DNA of 64,000 nt, taken from contig CBDCYI010000004.1 in assembly GCA_965224085.1 (NCBI GenBank), forward strand, positions 1,504,001 to 1,568,000, given 5' to 3'. Source of the stretch: Candidatus Marinacidobacterales bacterium. Its GTDB lineage: Bacteria > Acidobacteriota > Vicinamibacteria > Marinacidobacterales > SMYC01. This document shows, one piece after another, positions 1 through 9,016 of this stretch. The number at the start of each line of letters is the position of its first letter. Position 1 is the stretch's first letter. The position numbers were made by a program, and so were the translations under genes. Under the pieces are notes generated by a model. That model was not told the origin of the DNA. It searched no databases and saw only the letters and a program-made list of their open reading frames with translations.

Positions 1-4
1 GTCG

Positions 5-886
5 ATGATTTTTTACGAGCGGGATCTCCTGGATCTCGACAGCCCGGTCTCCGCTTACATTCCCGAGTTCCGCGGTGAACACAAGGACCGTGTGCTTGTG
101 AAGGATCTTCTCTCCCATTCGGGAGGGCTTCTCTGGTGGACGGACTTGTATATGAAGTTCGAAGGCCAACCGCCCGAAAAAGCTCGCCGGGGCTATATCG
201 AAGCGATTTGCGAGATGCCACTCGACTACTCTCCTCGCAGTAAGACTTCCTATTCGGATTTAGGGATTCTGCTCTTGGGAGAGATTCTGGAGCGGATATC
301 AGGGAAGCCGCTCGATGTGATGGCCCAGGAGGAAGTCTTCGATCCTCTCGGGATGGACGAGACCATGTTTCGTCCTCCAGCGTCTCTGCTCGAGCGCATC
401 GCGCCCACGGAGAAGGATGCGTGGCGCGACCGGGTCGTGCACGGCGAAGTGCACGACGAAAATGCTTTCGGTCTCGGAGGCCTAGCGCCCCATGCGGGTC
501 TTTTTTCGACGGCGTCGAGCCTCGCACCATTCCCGCAAATGTACCTGAACGGCGGTGCTTATAACGGCCGGCGCATCGTCAACGCGGAAACGATTGAGCT
601 CTTCACGACGCGCGCCGAGCTCGCTCCCGACAGCAGCAGGGCTCTCGGGTGGGATACGCCTTCGGAGCCTAGCTCTTCGGGGGCTTACTTCTCCGCCGCG
701 TCCTACGGCCATACGGGCTTCACCGGCACGTCGATGTGGATCGATCCGGAGCGCGAGCTCTTCGCCCTTCTTCTGACGAACCGCGTGCACCCAACGCGCG
801 AGAACCGGAAGCTCTATGACGTGCGTCCCAAGTTTCACGACGCGGTCATGAAAGCGATCGACGACATGGAGATCCACCCTCGATGA
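5..886 (+). CDS. Serine hydrolase, beta-lactamase/AmiE-like family (5' truncated by window edge)
   Basis: LLSHSGGL, YSDLG, GEVHDENA, PHAGLFST and YGHTGFTGT motifs of class C beta-lactamase-like hydrolases. Confidence 0.85.
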   Translation: MIFYERDLLDLDSPVSAYIPEFRGEHKDRVLVKDLLSHSGGLLWWTDLYMKFEGQPPEKARRGYIEAICEMPLDYSPRSKTSYSDLGILLLGEILERISGKPLDVMAQEEVFDPLGMDETMFRPPASLLERIAPTEKDAWRDRVVHGEVHDENAFGLGGLAPHAGLFSTASSLAPFPQMYLNGGAYNGRRIVNAETIELFTTRAELAPDSSRALGWDTPSEPSSSGAYFSAASYGHTGFTGTSMWIDPERELFALLLTNRVHPTRENRKLYDVRPKFHDAVMKAIDDMEIHPR

Positions 887-955
887 GAGAATTGATGCGG
901 CACACAATTTTGATGAAGTGTCCTGTATCAGAAGGTCGTCTCCTATCGTGCCGTG

Positions 956-1336
956 TTAGTGCTCCGTTTTGTGGCCGAACTGTCCGGAATCGAGAAGGCT
1001 CTTGAGATTGTCACGATGGGCGTCGTTAATCTTGTCGAACGCGAGCCCGTGCGGGATCTCGACCGACGTCGCGATGCCGGTGTGGCGGGACTCACTCCAG
1101 ACAATCGTTGCAACGGCTTCGAGAACCTCACCGCTAAAAAAACTCATGCGGAACTGGTAGCTGTTGCCGGGTCGCAAGACCGTATCGGTCATGATGCAGG
1201 CGCCGATCTAGGAGAGATTGCGCACGACACCGTAGGCGACGGGGACGTTGTCTTCGAGGAGGGCGACGGTGACGGAAGTGGTAGGGACGGCGCGACCCGT
1301 CCGTCTGCGCACGAAACCGCCGTCCACAGTGCTCAT
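956..1336 (-). pseudogene. Single-domain PilZ protein interrupted by an in-frame TAG (1210-1208)
   Basis: Reading from ATG 1336 gives MSTVDGGFVRRRTGRAVP...VVRNLS*IGACIMTD..., continuing in frame into ORF 956-1192; PilZ RxxxR and NxSxxG motifs present. Confidence 0.7.
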
Positions 1337-1515
1337 CTCGCTCAACGTGCCTTCCATTTGGCACCCCAGCGAAGACGGCGGCACAGCCTTCGAATCCGCT
1401 AAATTCCTGCTTTGAGACGGAACCGCAACGGGAACGGTGGTAATTTAGTGTAGAGTCTCAGGGAATGCAAGCATGGCGTTCAGTGAACGTCGCGAGAATG
1501 AAAGGAGCGAAGTAG

Positions 1516-2703
1516 ATGACAGTGAAACGGGGCGCGGCTCCCATGAGAACACTGATGGGACCTGGCCCGCTCGACATCCATCCCAACGTTTACCGAGCCC
1601 TCGCCTCCCCGGTTATCGGCCATCTCGACCCCGCTTATCTCGAAGTGCTCGACCAGATTCGGGAACGTCTGCGCATGGTGTTCCAAACGGAAAACCGCTT
1701 GACTCAAGCCTCGCCCGGGACGGGGACCTCGGGAATGGAGATGTGTGTCGCGAACCTATTGGAGCCGGGAGATCGCGTTCTCTGTTGCGTCCACGGCTAT
1801 TTCGGCGACCGCATCCGCCAGATGGTGGAGCGACAGGACGCGGACGTCACCGTTGTCGAAAGCGAGTGGGGCATGCCAGATGATCCTGCGCGCATCGAAG
1901 CGGCTCTCAAAGATGGCAGCTACAAAGTCATCACGCTCGTGCACGCGGAGACTTCCACGGGAGTGCTGCAACCGATGGACGATGTCGTCCGTCTGGCGAA
2001 GTCGTATGGCGTCAAGATCCTTCTCGATACGGTCACGTCGCTCGGCGGCGTCGATGTCAAGATCGACGAGTGGGGCATCGATGCGGCCTATAGCTGCTCG
2101 CAGAAATGCATTGGCTCGCCCCCTGGCCTGGCGCCCATCACGTTCAGCGAACGCGCCGTCGACGCCATGAAGCATCGAAGCCATCCCGTGCGCGGCTGGT
2201 ATCTCGACGCTCAGCTTCTCGACGAGTACTGGACGGGACGCAAGTACCACCACACGAGCTCGAGCACCTTGAATTACGGCCTTCTCGAAGCGCTCAACTT
2301 GATCGAAGAAGAAGGGCTTTCGAATCGAATCGCGCGACATCTTCGCAACCATCGAGCTTTCGTGGCCGGCGTCGAAGCGATGGGCCTCGAGATGTTCGTT
2401 GCGCCCGAATATCGATTGCCTTCACTCAATACCGTGCGGGTGCCCGACGGCATCGACGACGCGAAGGTCCGCCGCTACTTGCTCGAGACGTTCAATGTCG
2501 AGATTGGCGGTGGGCTCGGCGCCATCGCTGGAAAGGTGTGGCGCGTCGGGCTCATGGGCTATTCGTCTTCACCCGAGCGGATTCTTTTTTTCATGTCGTG
2601 CCTCAGCCATTCGCTGGCGGCGCAAGGACACGCGACCGATTTAAAGTCGGGACTGGCCGCTGCGATGGGCACGCTCGAAAAAGAACCCCTCGCTGTGAGC
2701 TGA
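1516..2703 (+). CDS. Alanine--glyoxylate/serine--pyruvate aminotransferase (class V PLP)
   Basis: LMGPGP, VHAETSTGV, DTVTSLGG and SCSQKC PLP-lysine motifs. Confidence 0.9.
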   Translation: MTVKRGAAPMRTLMGPGPLDIHPNVYRALASPVIGHLDPAYLEVLDQIRERLRMVFQTENRLTQASPGTGTSGMEMCVANLLEPGDRVLCCVHGYFGDRIRQMVERQDADVTVVESEWGMPDDPARIEAALKDGSYKVITLVHAETSTGVLQPMDDVVRLAKSYGVKILLDTVTSLGGVDVKIDEWGIDAAYSCSQKCIGSPPGLAPITFSERAVDAMKHRSHPVRGWYLDAQLLDEYWTGRKYHHTSSSTLNYGLLEALNLIEEEGLSNRIARHLRNHRAFVAGVEAMGLEMFVAPEYRLPSLNTVRVPDGIDDAKVRRYLLETFNVEIGGGLGAIAGKVWRVGLMGYSSSPERILFFMSCLSHSLAAQGHATDLKSGLAAAMGTLEKEPLAVS

Positions 2704-2711
2704 TATGCCGC

Positions 2712-4190
2712 TTAGCCGCCGAACAGCTCGATCCCGAAAATCCGCGCCGCGATGAGGATCGCCGTCATTCCGGTGAAGATCACGAGGCTCGCCCAGCCGA
2801 ACCACGCATCGAAAGTGCTGGGGTAGAAGTAACGGTCCTTTTTCGAGATAACGGTGAAGCAGTAATAGAGATTTAGCCCGAAGATGATAGGGGCTACGAA
2901 AAAGGCGAGCGCGGACGCGACGAGCACGAGCTGGACGGGACGGTCGACGCCGGCAACGAACGCAACGGATGCGATGAGGGAGTAGAACATCGTCAGGCGA
3001 TAGATGTTGAACTCCGAGTACCATTTGCTGCGGTGCTCGTCCGTAAGATCCTCGCGCGCGATACCGGAGAGAGCCGCCGTCTTTCGGAAGAGATTCCGGC
3101 AACAAGCGCCGACCACTCTTGGCCAGCCATCGAAGTAGTTGAACGCCGTCGAAAAGGTTGCCGCGAGAGCGCCAATGAGAAAAACGATCATCATCCACGG
3201 GCCGACGCTCTCGGTGAAGATCTGGGCAATCTGACCGATAACGGCCCGCCCCTCGACTTCGCTTGGATAGATCCACACGGCCGCGAGGGCGAGAAAGATC
3301 GTCGCGATGATGAAGGAGATGATGTGTCCGGCGCGAAAGTCCCAAAGGCCGATGCGGAACCACCGCCGGCAATATTCGAGGGCATGGGGCGAGAGCTTGG
3401 ATGTATCGACCGAAAGGTCTTCTTTGCTCGAGCTGAAGGAGTCGAACGTCGCCACGAGCCCGCGATGCTCGAGATGATCGCGGATGCGGCCCATGCCTGC
3501 CTTCTTCGCTTTGCCCCATTCCGAAGCCTGGAGTGAGACGTCGATACCCGTGGGAAGAAGTCCGAGAAAGGCTGCGAGAATGAGCCACGATCCGTCCGGC
3601 GTCTCGAAGATGAAGAAATGCGCCATCCCGGAAAGCGGGGCAGGCGAGCGCAGAAAAACGCCGACCGTTGAGAGCAGCAAGACGCCCGCGCAAATTTTCG
3701 TCACGAGCTCGACGACGCGGTAACGTCCGCTCAGGATGAGAGCCACGCTGAGGACGCCGATTGCGAGGGCAAAAGTGTAAGACGGGATGTCGACACCGAA
3801 GTAGTACAGCGAAAAGAAGTAGGCGACCGCCGCAGCCGCCGTGAGCCGTCCCGCTTGGCCAAGAGCGGCTTGCAGAATCGTCGTGATGAGCACGTACCAA
3901 ACCGGCCACTTGTGCCACGCCGTGGAATAAGCGTCGAGCATGCTGCGGCCTGTGGCGTTCGTAAAGCGAAACGCCATCTCAAAACCGTAATATTTGAAGA
4001 TATAAGCGACCGGGATTGCCCACAGAAGCGCGAACTCGAACCGGCCGCCCGCGACCGGCGCGGTAACGAGATGACTGGTACCGATGCCGGTCATCATCAA
4101 GATCAATCCGGGGCCGAACTGCCGAGCGAGACCGAGCGGGGTCATCTCGGGAAGAGGAAGAGATTCTAGAACGTCGTCGTTGTCCGTCAT
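2712..4190 (-). CDS. NRAMP-like divalent metal/APC-superfamily transporter
   Basis: FGPGL...GIGTSHLV...GGRFEFALLW N-terminal motif, many TM segments; start placed at ATG 4190. Confidence 0.7.
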   Translation of the reverse strand: MTDNDDVLESLPLPEMTPLGLARQFGPGLILMMTGIGTSHLVTAPVAGGRFEFALLWAIPVAYIFKYYGFEMAFRFTNATGRSMLDAYSTAWHKWPVWYVLITTILQAALGQAGRLTAAAAVAYFFSLYYFGVDIPSYTFALAIGVLSVALILSGRYRVVELVTKICAGVLLLSTVGVFLRSPAPLSGMAHFFIFETPDGSWLILAAFLGLLPTGIDVSLQASEWGKAKKAGMGRIRDHLEHRGLVATFDSFSSSKEDLSVDTSKLSPHALEYCRRWFRIGLWDFRAGHIISFIIATIFLALAAVWIYPSEVEGRAVIGQIAQIFTESVGPWMMIVFLIGALAATFSTAFNYFDGWPRVVGACCRNLFRKTAALSGIAREDLTDEHRSKWYSEFNIYRLTMFYSLIASVAFVAGVDRPVQLVLVASALAFFVAPIIFGLNLYYCFTVISKKDRYFYPSTFDAWFGWASLVIFTGMTAILIAARIFGIELFGG

Positions 4191-4362
4191 CGTGCGCACG
4201 GCCTTCTGGTAAATCTCACAAAGCGGGACATTTATATAGGGAATCGAACGGTGACGCAACGTGCACTGCTTTGTCCGTGAAAACGCGTTACAATAGTTGA
4301 GAGCGGGGACGCTACGTCCAACACATTGTAACGAAACAATTTAGCAGTAGAGGCAAAGATAG

Positions 4363-5433
4363 ATGACGACGGTTGGCGAAATCAAAATCACCCGAACCAA
4401 GGCCTCTCGTATAGCCGAGGTCGACTTCGACAACATTCCTTTTGGCCGCGTGTTCAGCGATCACATGCTCGTCGCCAACTACAGCGATGCCGCGTGGCAG
4501 TCGCATGAGATCGTGCCTTACGGCCCGCTGCAATTAGCACCGGCCATGCCGACGCTCCACTACGGCCAGGCCATTTTCGAAGGCATGAAAGCCTATAGAA
4601 ATGCTGCCGGGAAGCCGGTCTTGTTTCGCGCTCGCGACAATTTCGAGCGCATGAACCGCTCGGCCGAGCGTATGGTGATGCCGCCGGTCCCAGAAGGGAT
4701 CTTTCTCGACGGCATCAAAGAGCTCGTACGCCTCGACGCGGATTGGATTCCGAACCAGAAAGACAGCTCGCTTTACTTGCGCCCTCTCATGTTCGCGAGC
4801 GACGACTTTATCGGTGTGAAACCGTCCGACACTTACAAGTTCGTCATCTTTACCTGTCCGGTCGGGATGTATTACTCGGAGCCTGTCAAGCTTTGGGTCA
4901 CGCGCGAATACGTTCGGGCAGCCCGGGGCGGCGTCGGCGAAGCCAAGACGGCAGGCAACTATGCGGCAAGCTACTACGCGGCGAAACAGGCGCAAGACCG
5001 TGGTTACGACAACGTCCTCTGGCTCGATGGCCAGGAGCACCGCTACATCGAAGAATGCGGGACGATGAATATCTTCTTCGTCATCGACGGCGTCGCGGTA
5101 ACGCCCGAATTGTCGGGAACGATTCTTCGAGGCATCACCCGCGATAGTGTTGTCACGCTCTTGAAGGACATGAATGTCGAGGTCCAAGAGCGACCCGTCT
5201 CCATCGAAGAGATCACCGAAGCGCACGAAGCCGGCAAGCTCGACGAAGCGTTCGGTGTCGGCACAGCGGCGACGATCTCTCCCGTCATCGAGATTGGCAG
5301 CGAAGAAGGTGTCCTTCAGTTGAAGCCGGATGCCGAACGCAAGATCGGCCCGGAACTTTTGAAGCAGCTTACGGACATCCGTCGAGGTTTGGCCGAAGAT
5401 GTTCATGGATGGATTGAGCTCGTTTCACCGTAG
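4363..5433 (+). CDS. ilvE: Branched-chain amino acid aminotransferase
   Basis: LHYGQAIFEGMKAY, AKTAGNYA, EECGTMN, ILRGITR. Confidence 0.95.
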   Translation: MTTVGEIKITRTKASRIAEVDFDNIPFGRVFSDHMLVANYSDAAWQSHEIVPYGPLQLAPAMPTLHYGQAIFEGMKAYRNAAGKPVLFRARDNFERMNRSAERMVMPPVPEGIFLDGIKELVRLDADWIPNQKDSSLYLRPLMFASDDFIGVKPSDTYKFVIFTCPVGMYYSEPVKLWVTREYVRAARGGVGEAKTAGNYAASYYAAKQAQDRGYDNVLWLDGQEHRYIEECGTMNIFFVIDGVAVTPELSGTILRGITRDSVVTLLKDMNVEVQERPVSIEEITEAHEAGKLDEAFGVGTAATISPVIEIGSEEGVLQLKPDAERKIGPELLKQLTDIRRGLAEDVHGWIELVSP

Positions 5434-5477
5434 TTCGTGGCGCTACCCGCTACCTGCTTCCTGCTACCAAGGCGGCG

Positions 5478-6683
5478 TTGATGTTTTTTTGGGTTGCTCT
5501 CGCTTTTCTCTCCTTTCAGGGGGCTGACACTCCAGTTCTTTCCGGGGTTGATGTGCTTCGGAAGGATAGAGGGACACTTTCGGGACGCGTTGGGCTCATT
5601 ACGAACCATACCGGCGTCACTCGCGACGGGGTGTCCACCCTCCGCGTTTTGCGGGACGAGCTTGGTGTGGACGTCGTCGCGCTGTTTTCACCGGAGCACG
5701 GTTATCGCGGGGATGTGGCGGCGGGGGACGATGTCGGCTCCGGTACGTTTTCGGTGATCCCCGTTCACAGCCTCTACGGCGATACACGCGCGCCGACGCC
5801 CGAGATGCTCGACGGGATCGATACACTCGTCTTTGACGTTCAGGACATCGGTGTCCGTTTCTACACCTATATCAGCACCATGAAGCTCGCCATGGAGAAG
5901 GCTGCCGCTGCGAAGATCGGCTTCGTCGTACTCGATCGACCGAACCCGCTCGGTGGTGTTCGGGTCGAGGGTCCCGTACTGCACCCGGATTTTGCGTCCT
6001 TTGTCGGGATTGCTCCGATCCCTCTTGTACGTGGCATGACGGCGGGTGAGCTGGCAGGGCTGTTCGGTGCGTCGATGACGGGGCTCGAGCTCGAGGTTAT
6101 ACACGTGCGAGGCCTCCGGCGCTCGACGCTATGGAAGGACACCGGGCTCTCGTGGAATCCTCCGTCACCGAACATTCGCACCGACCGCGCCGCCCTGGCT
6201 TATCCGACCTTCGGATTGATCGAGGGGATCAACGTGAACGAAGGTCGCGGTATCGAAGACACGTTCGAGCGGATCGGCGCGCCTTGGATCGATGGGGAAA
6301 AGCTAGCGGCGGCGCTTTCGCAGGCGGAGCTTCCCGGTGTTCGCTTCCGCAGTACCTCGTTTACACCGCGCGCGATCACTGCCTCGCCCCGGCCTAAGTA
6401 TCGCGATGAGATCTGCTACGGGGTCGCGATAACGATCACCGATCCAACTCTCTTCGAAGCCGTGCGCACCGGACTCACGACGATTGCGACGATCAAAGCA
6501 CTTCATCCCGAAGCGTTCGAGTGGGTGCGGCGCGGCGAGCGCTACTGGATAGACTTGCTGCTCGGCGCCGATCGGCCACGGCGGGCGCTCGATGACGGGA
6601 TGGCAGTAGACGCGATCGTCGGACGGGAAGCGTCTGAGCTCGCGCGTTTCGTTGAGCATCGCCGCGCATACTTGCTCTATTGA
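5478..6683 (+). CDS. namZ: Exo-beta-N-acetylmuramidase NamZ (DUF1343), exported
   Basis: Signal peptide; GLITNHTG, LFSPEHG, DVQDIGVRFYTY, VLDRPNP, PPSPN. Confidence 0.88.
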   Translation: MMFFWVALAFLSFQGADTPVLSGVDVLRKDRGTLSGRVGLITNHTGVTRDGVSTLRVLRDELGVDVVALFSPEHGYRGDVAAGDDVGSGTFSVIPVHSLYGDTRAPTPEMLDGIDTLVFDVQDIGVRFYTYISTMKLAMEKAAAAKIGFVVLDRPNPLGGVRVEGPVLHPDFASFVGIAPIPLVRGMTAGELAGLFGASMTGLELEVIHVRGLRRSTLWKDTGLSWNPPSPNIRTDRAALAYPTFGLIEGINVNEGRGIEDTFERIGAPWIDGEKLAAALSQAELPGVRFRSTSFTPRAITASPRPKYRDEICYGVAITITDPTLFEAVRTGLTTIATIKALHPEAFEWVRRGERYWIDLLLGADRPRRALDDGMAVDAIVGREASELARFVEHRRAYLLY

Positions 6684-6705
6684 CGCTGCTGTATAATCCG
6701 CGCTG

Positions 6706-7002
6706 ATGGCACGTCCCATTTGGCGTCACTCGCATGATAGCTCGGAGGATGAGGAGTGGTCCGAGCCCGATGAGCCCGAGCTCGAGGACGACGATCTCGA
6801 CGACGATGACGAGAGTGACGAAGAAGATCAGGGTGACGAAGAAGATCAGGGTGACGAAGAAGATCAGGGCGACGAAGAAGATCAGGGCGACGAAGAAGAC
6901 GAGTCATTGGTCGAGGACGATAGTGTTTGGGGCGAGGACGACGCTTCACTCGACGAGAACGACGAGAACGACGAGGAAGATTGGGATGACGGCGCGAGCT
7001 GA
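6706..7002 (+). CDS. Small hyper-acidic low-complexity protein
   Basis: 98 aa, 55 D/E by hand count, no Lys; TATAAT 8 nt upstream of ATG; fills the gap between convergent genes. Confidence 0.6.
   Translation: MARPIWRHSHDSSEDEEWSEPDEPELEDDDLDDDDESDEEDQGDEEDQGDEEDQGDEEDQGDEEDESLVEDDSVWGEDDASLDENDENDEEDWDDGAS
6817..6900 (+). repeat. 18-bp tandem repeat GACGAAGAAGATCAGGG(T/C), 4 copies plus a partial (DEEDQG)
   Basis: Read directly from sequence. Confidence 0.95.
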
Positions 7003-7047
7003 CGCATAAACTGTAACGCGCTCAGGTCCTGAAAGATGCGATACGAG

Positions 7048-8235
7048 CTATTCCGACTCTCCATGAATCGTCGTATCGGGCCGATAGTGCTCCCAGGCGA
7101 ACCAAACCGCGAAAGTCGAGATCAAGCTTTGTAGCTTCTTGCCGAAAAAAGGTCCGGAGACGGCTGCGCCGCTTACAGGGTTCCACCGGGAGCCCGTCTG
7201 TGCGTCTTCGAGTTGTTCATCCTTCGTGAGGTGGAAGCTCAGAGCGCGGCCATCGACTTGGCGTTCGTAGACCCGCGCCGTCGAGAGGTCTTTGCTCAAA
7301 TAGACCGCAATTGGAGCCCCTTCGAACCGTTCTTCGACGAAGCGTTTGTCGGCCAGCCGCCGGAGGAGATAGGCGCGCGCTTCGACATGGCCTTCGAGCC
7401 CAACGATGAGGTCGTTGCCGCGAGCGCGGCCCGGGTCCATGTTCGCGACCTTCTCGAAGGTCTCTTTCGTGAAACGCGAGTTGTAGGGAACGGAGCGCTT
7501 CACGTAAACGGTCGTCTTCGGGTGAAGCGCTTTCCACTGAGCCCAGGTCGTCATCGTGGAAGGAAGCTTCTCGAGCGCTGCGCCTTGCATCTTCCCGCTC
7601 ACGGCTTTGCCGAAGAGCTGGCTCCAGTGCGACTGCGTCTCGTCGTCATACATGATGAGCGTGCCTTCATCGACGCCGACGACGCCAAAGTTGTGCTTCT
7701 TGCCATCGAACTCACGGGCGTACACGACGCCGCTATGGTCGATGGGTCACCAGGAGGGGGCGATGGCCTCACCGCCGAGCTCGTCGTTCACGATTTCGTT
7801 GAAAGGCCCGTTCATGTAGTTTACCGGATAGGCGCGCGGCTGGACGTTGATGACGACACCCATGACCATGTCCACGTCGCCGATCTCGACGTCGTCGGCG
7901 GAGACAATCTCGGGATTGACGTTCAAGGGGAAGCCGCCTTTTTGCAGATGCGTAAAGTTTGAGCGGTCCCTCGGCTCGGCGGGGCCAGTCGCGGAGCGTT
8001 GCTGCATCTTGCCGTACTCGTCGAAGGTGACGTAGCCGTCGCCATTGGCGTCGAAACGCGCCACGGCCCTCTCCGGGAGACTCAAATCGCCGACAGGAAC
8101 TTTGGCGTCGATGTCTTTGTCGAAGACGCCGTTGAGATGGAATCTCGCTTCCATCATCTTCTGCATCATCTCTGGATCGGGCCTTTGCGCGGCGAAAAGC
8201 AGCACCGGAACCAGCACCATGAAGAGTGTTTTCAT
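7048..8235 (-). CDS. Exported EF-hand + DUF3179 selenoprotein (UGA=Sec at 7749-7747)
   Basis: ORFs 7747-8235 and 7048-7725 are in frame across one TGA: EIVNDELGGEAIAPSW-U-PIDHSGVVYAR, aligning with DUF3179 VTYCPLC; EF-hand DANGDGYVTFDEY; signal peptide; RBS AAAGGAGGT. Confidence 0.85.
7703..7746 (-). promoter_or_regulatory. Putative bacterial SECIS hairpin directly after the UGA
   Basis: mRNA CCAUCGA...GGCGU-CGUGU-ACGCC...UCGAUGG forms lower and upper stems with a GU-containing apical loop about 20 nt from the UGA. Confidence 0.65.
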
Positions 8236-8261
8236 CGTGACCTCCTTTCGACTGGATCAAT

Positions 8262-8987
8262 CTAGCGTTGACGGTATCCTTGGTCAAACGAGGCAGCTCG
8301 GTAAACGATACGGCCGCCGAACACGGTCATCTCGACCTTGCACTCCGCAATCCGCTCGGGTGGGATTTTCAGGATGTTCTCGGACAAAACCGCGAGATCG
8401 CCGAGCTCGCCGGGCTCGAGCCGAGACGCCGCGTAGCGAGGGACGGCGTTCTCGACGTTCAGTTTCTCGCTCGAAACGCGCCGACCATCGAGATCGAGGC
8501 CGGTCACGGCTCTGTGGAGCCTGACAAGAGGGTCGATCGTGGTTTCCGGCCAGCCGCTTCCGAAGCGTACACCGCCCCGAGCGTCGCCCCGAGCCTCGAT
8601 GGTTCGCAGGGGGAGTGCTTCGGGGAGAGTGCTATCGAGCGCGCGCACGCTCGTGATGCCGAAGCGGTGGAGATAGGTCGGGGCGTCGGATGGCGTGACG
8701 CCCGTCTCCTCGAGCCAAGCAGCGCCGGCCGCGAGATCCACACGGTCGTCGTGAAAGCCTGGAAGAAGCAGTCGTCCATCGAGGTCGACGATGTGTGTGT
8801 CTTCACCGATGAGGGCCTCGACGTTGCCGATCGCAAGGATGCGTCCATCCGCTATCGCGAGCCCGTCCGCCCAAGGGGCCTCGGCATTCAGCGTATAGAT
8901 GGCGCCGCCCCAAAAGACAAGCTCGGCAGGTGACGATGGCGGGGACGAGCACGCGGTCAGAACTGCGAGTGCTAGGAATCGAATCAA
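8262..8987 (-). CDS. Miniaturised amidohydrolase_3 (YtcJ-like) lipoprotein lacking metal ligands
   Basis: Lipobox LTAC; N-terminal IVDLDGRLLLPGFHD and C-terminal LEPGELGDLAVLSENIL...MTVFGGRIVY retained; only 241 aa; HxH replaced by RVD. Confidence 0.65.
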   Translation of the reverse strand: MIRFLALAVLTACSSPPSSPAELVFWGGAIYTLNAEAPWADGLAIADGRILAIGNVEALIGEDTHIVDLDGRLLLPGFHDDRVDLAAGAAWLEETGVTPSDAPTYLHRFGITSVRALDSTLPEALPLRTIEARGDARGGVRFGSGWPETTIDPLVRLHRAVTGLDLDGRRVSSEKLNVENAVPRYAASRLEPGELGDLAVLSENILKIPPERIAECKVEMTVFGGRIVYRAASFDQGYRQR

Positions 8988-9016
8988 TTTCAGCCGAACC
9001 TCTCAGGCACTAGTTG

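Noticed and set aside
6817-6900. Regular short repeats as a possible CRISPR array
   Set aside because: Head-to-tail coding repeats with no spacers and no cas genes
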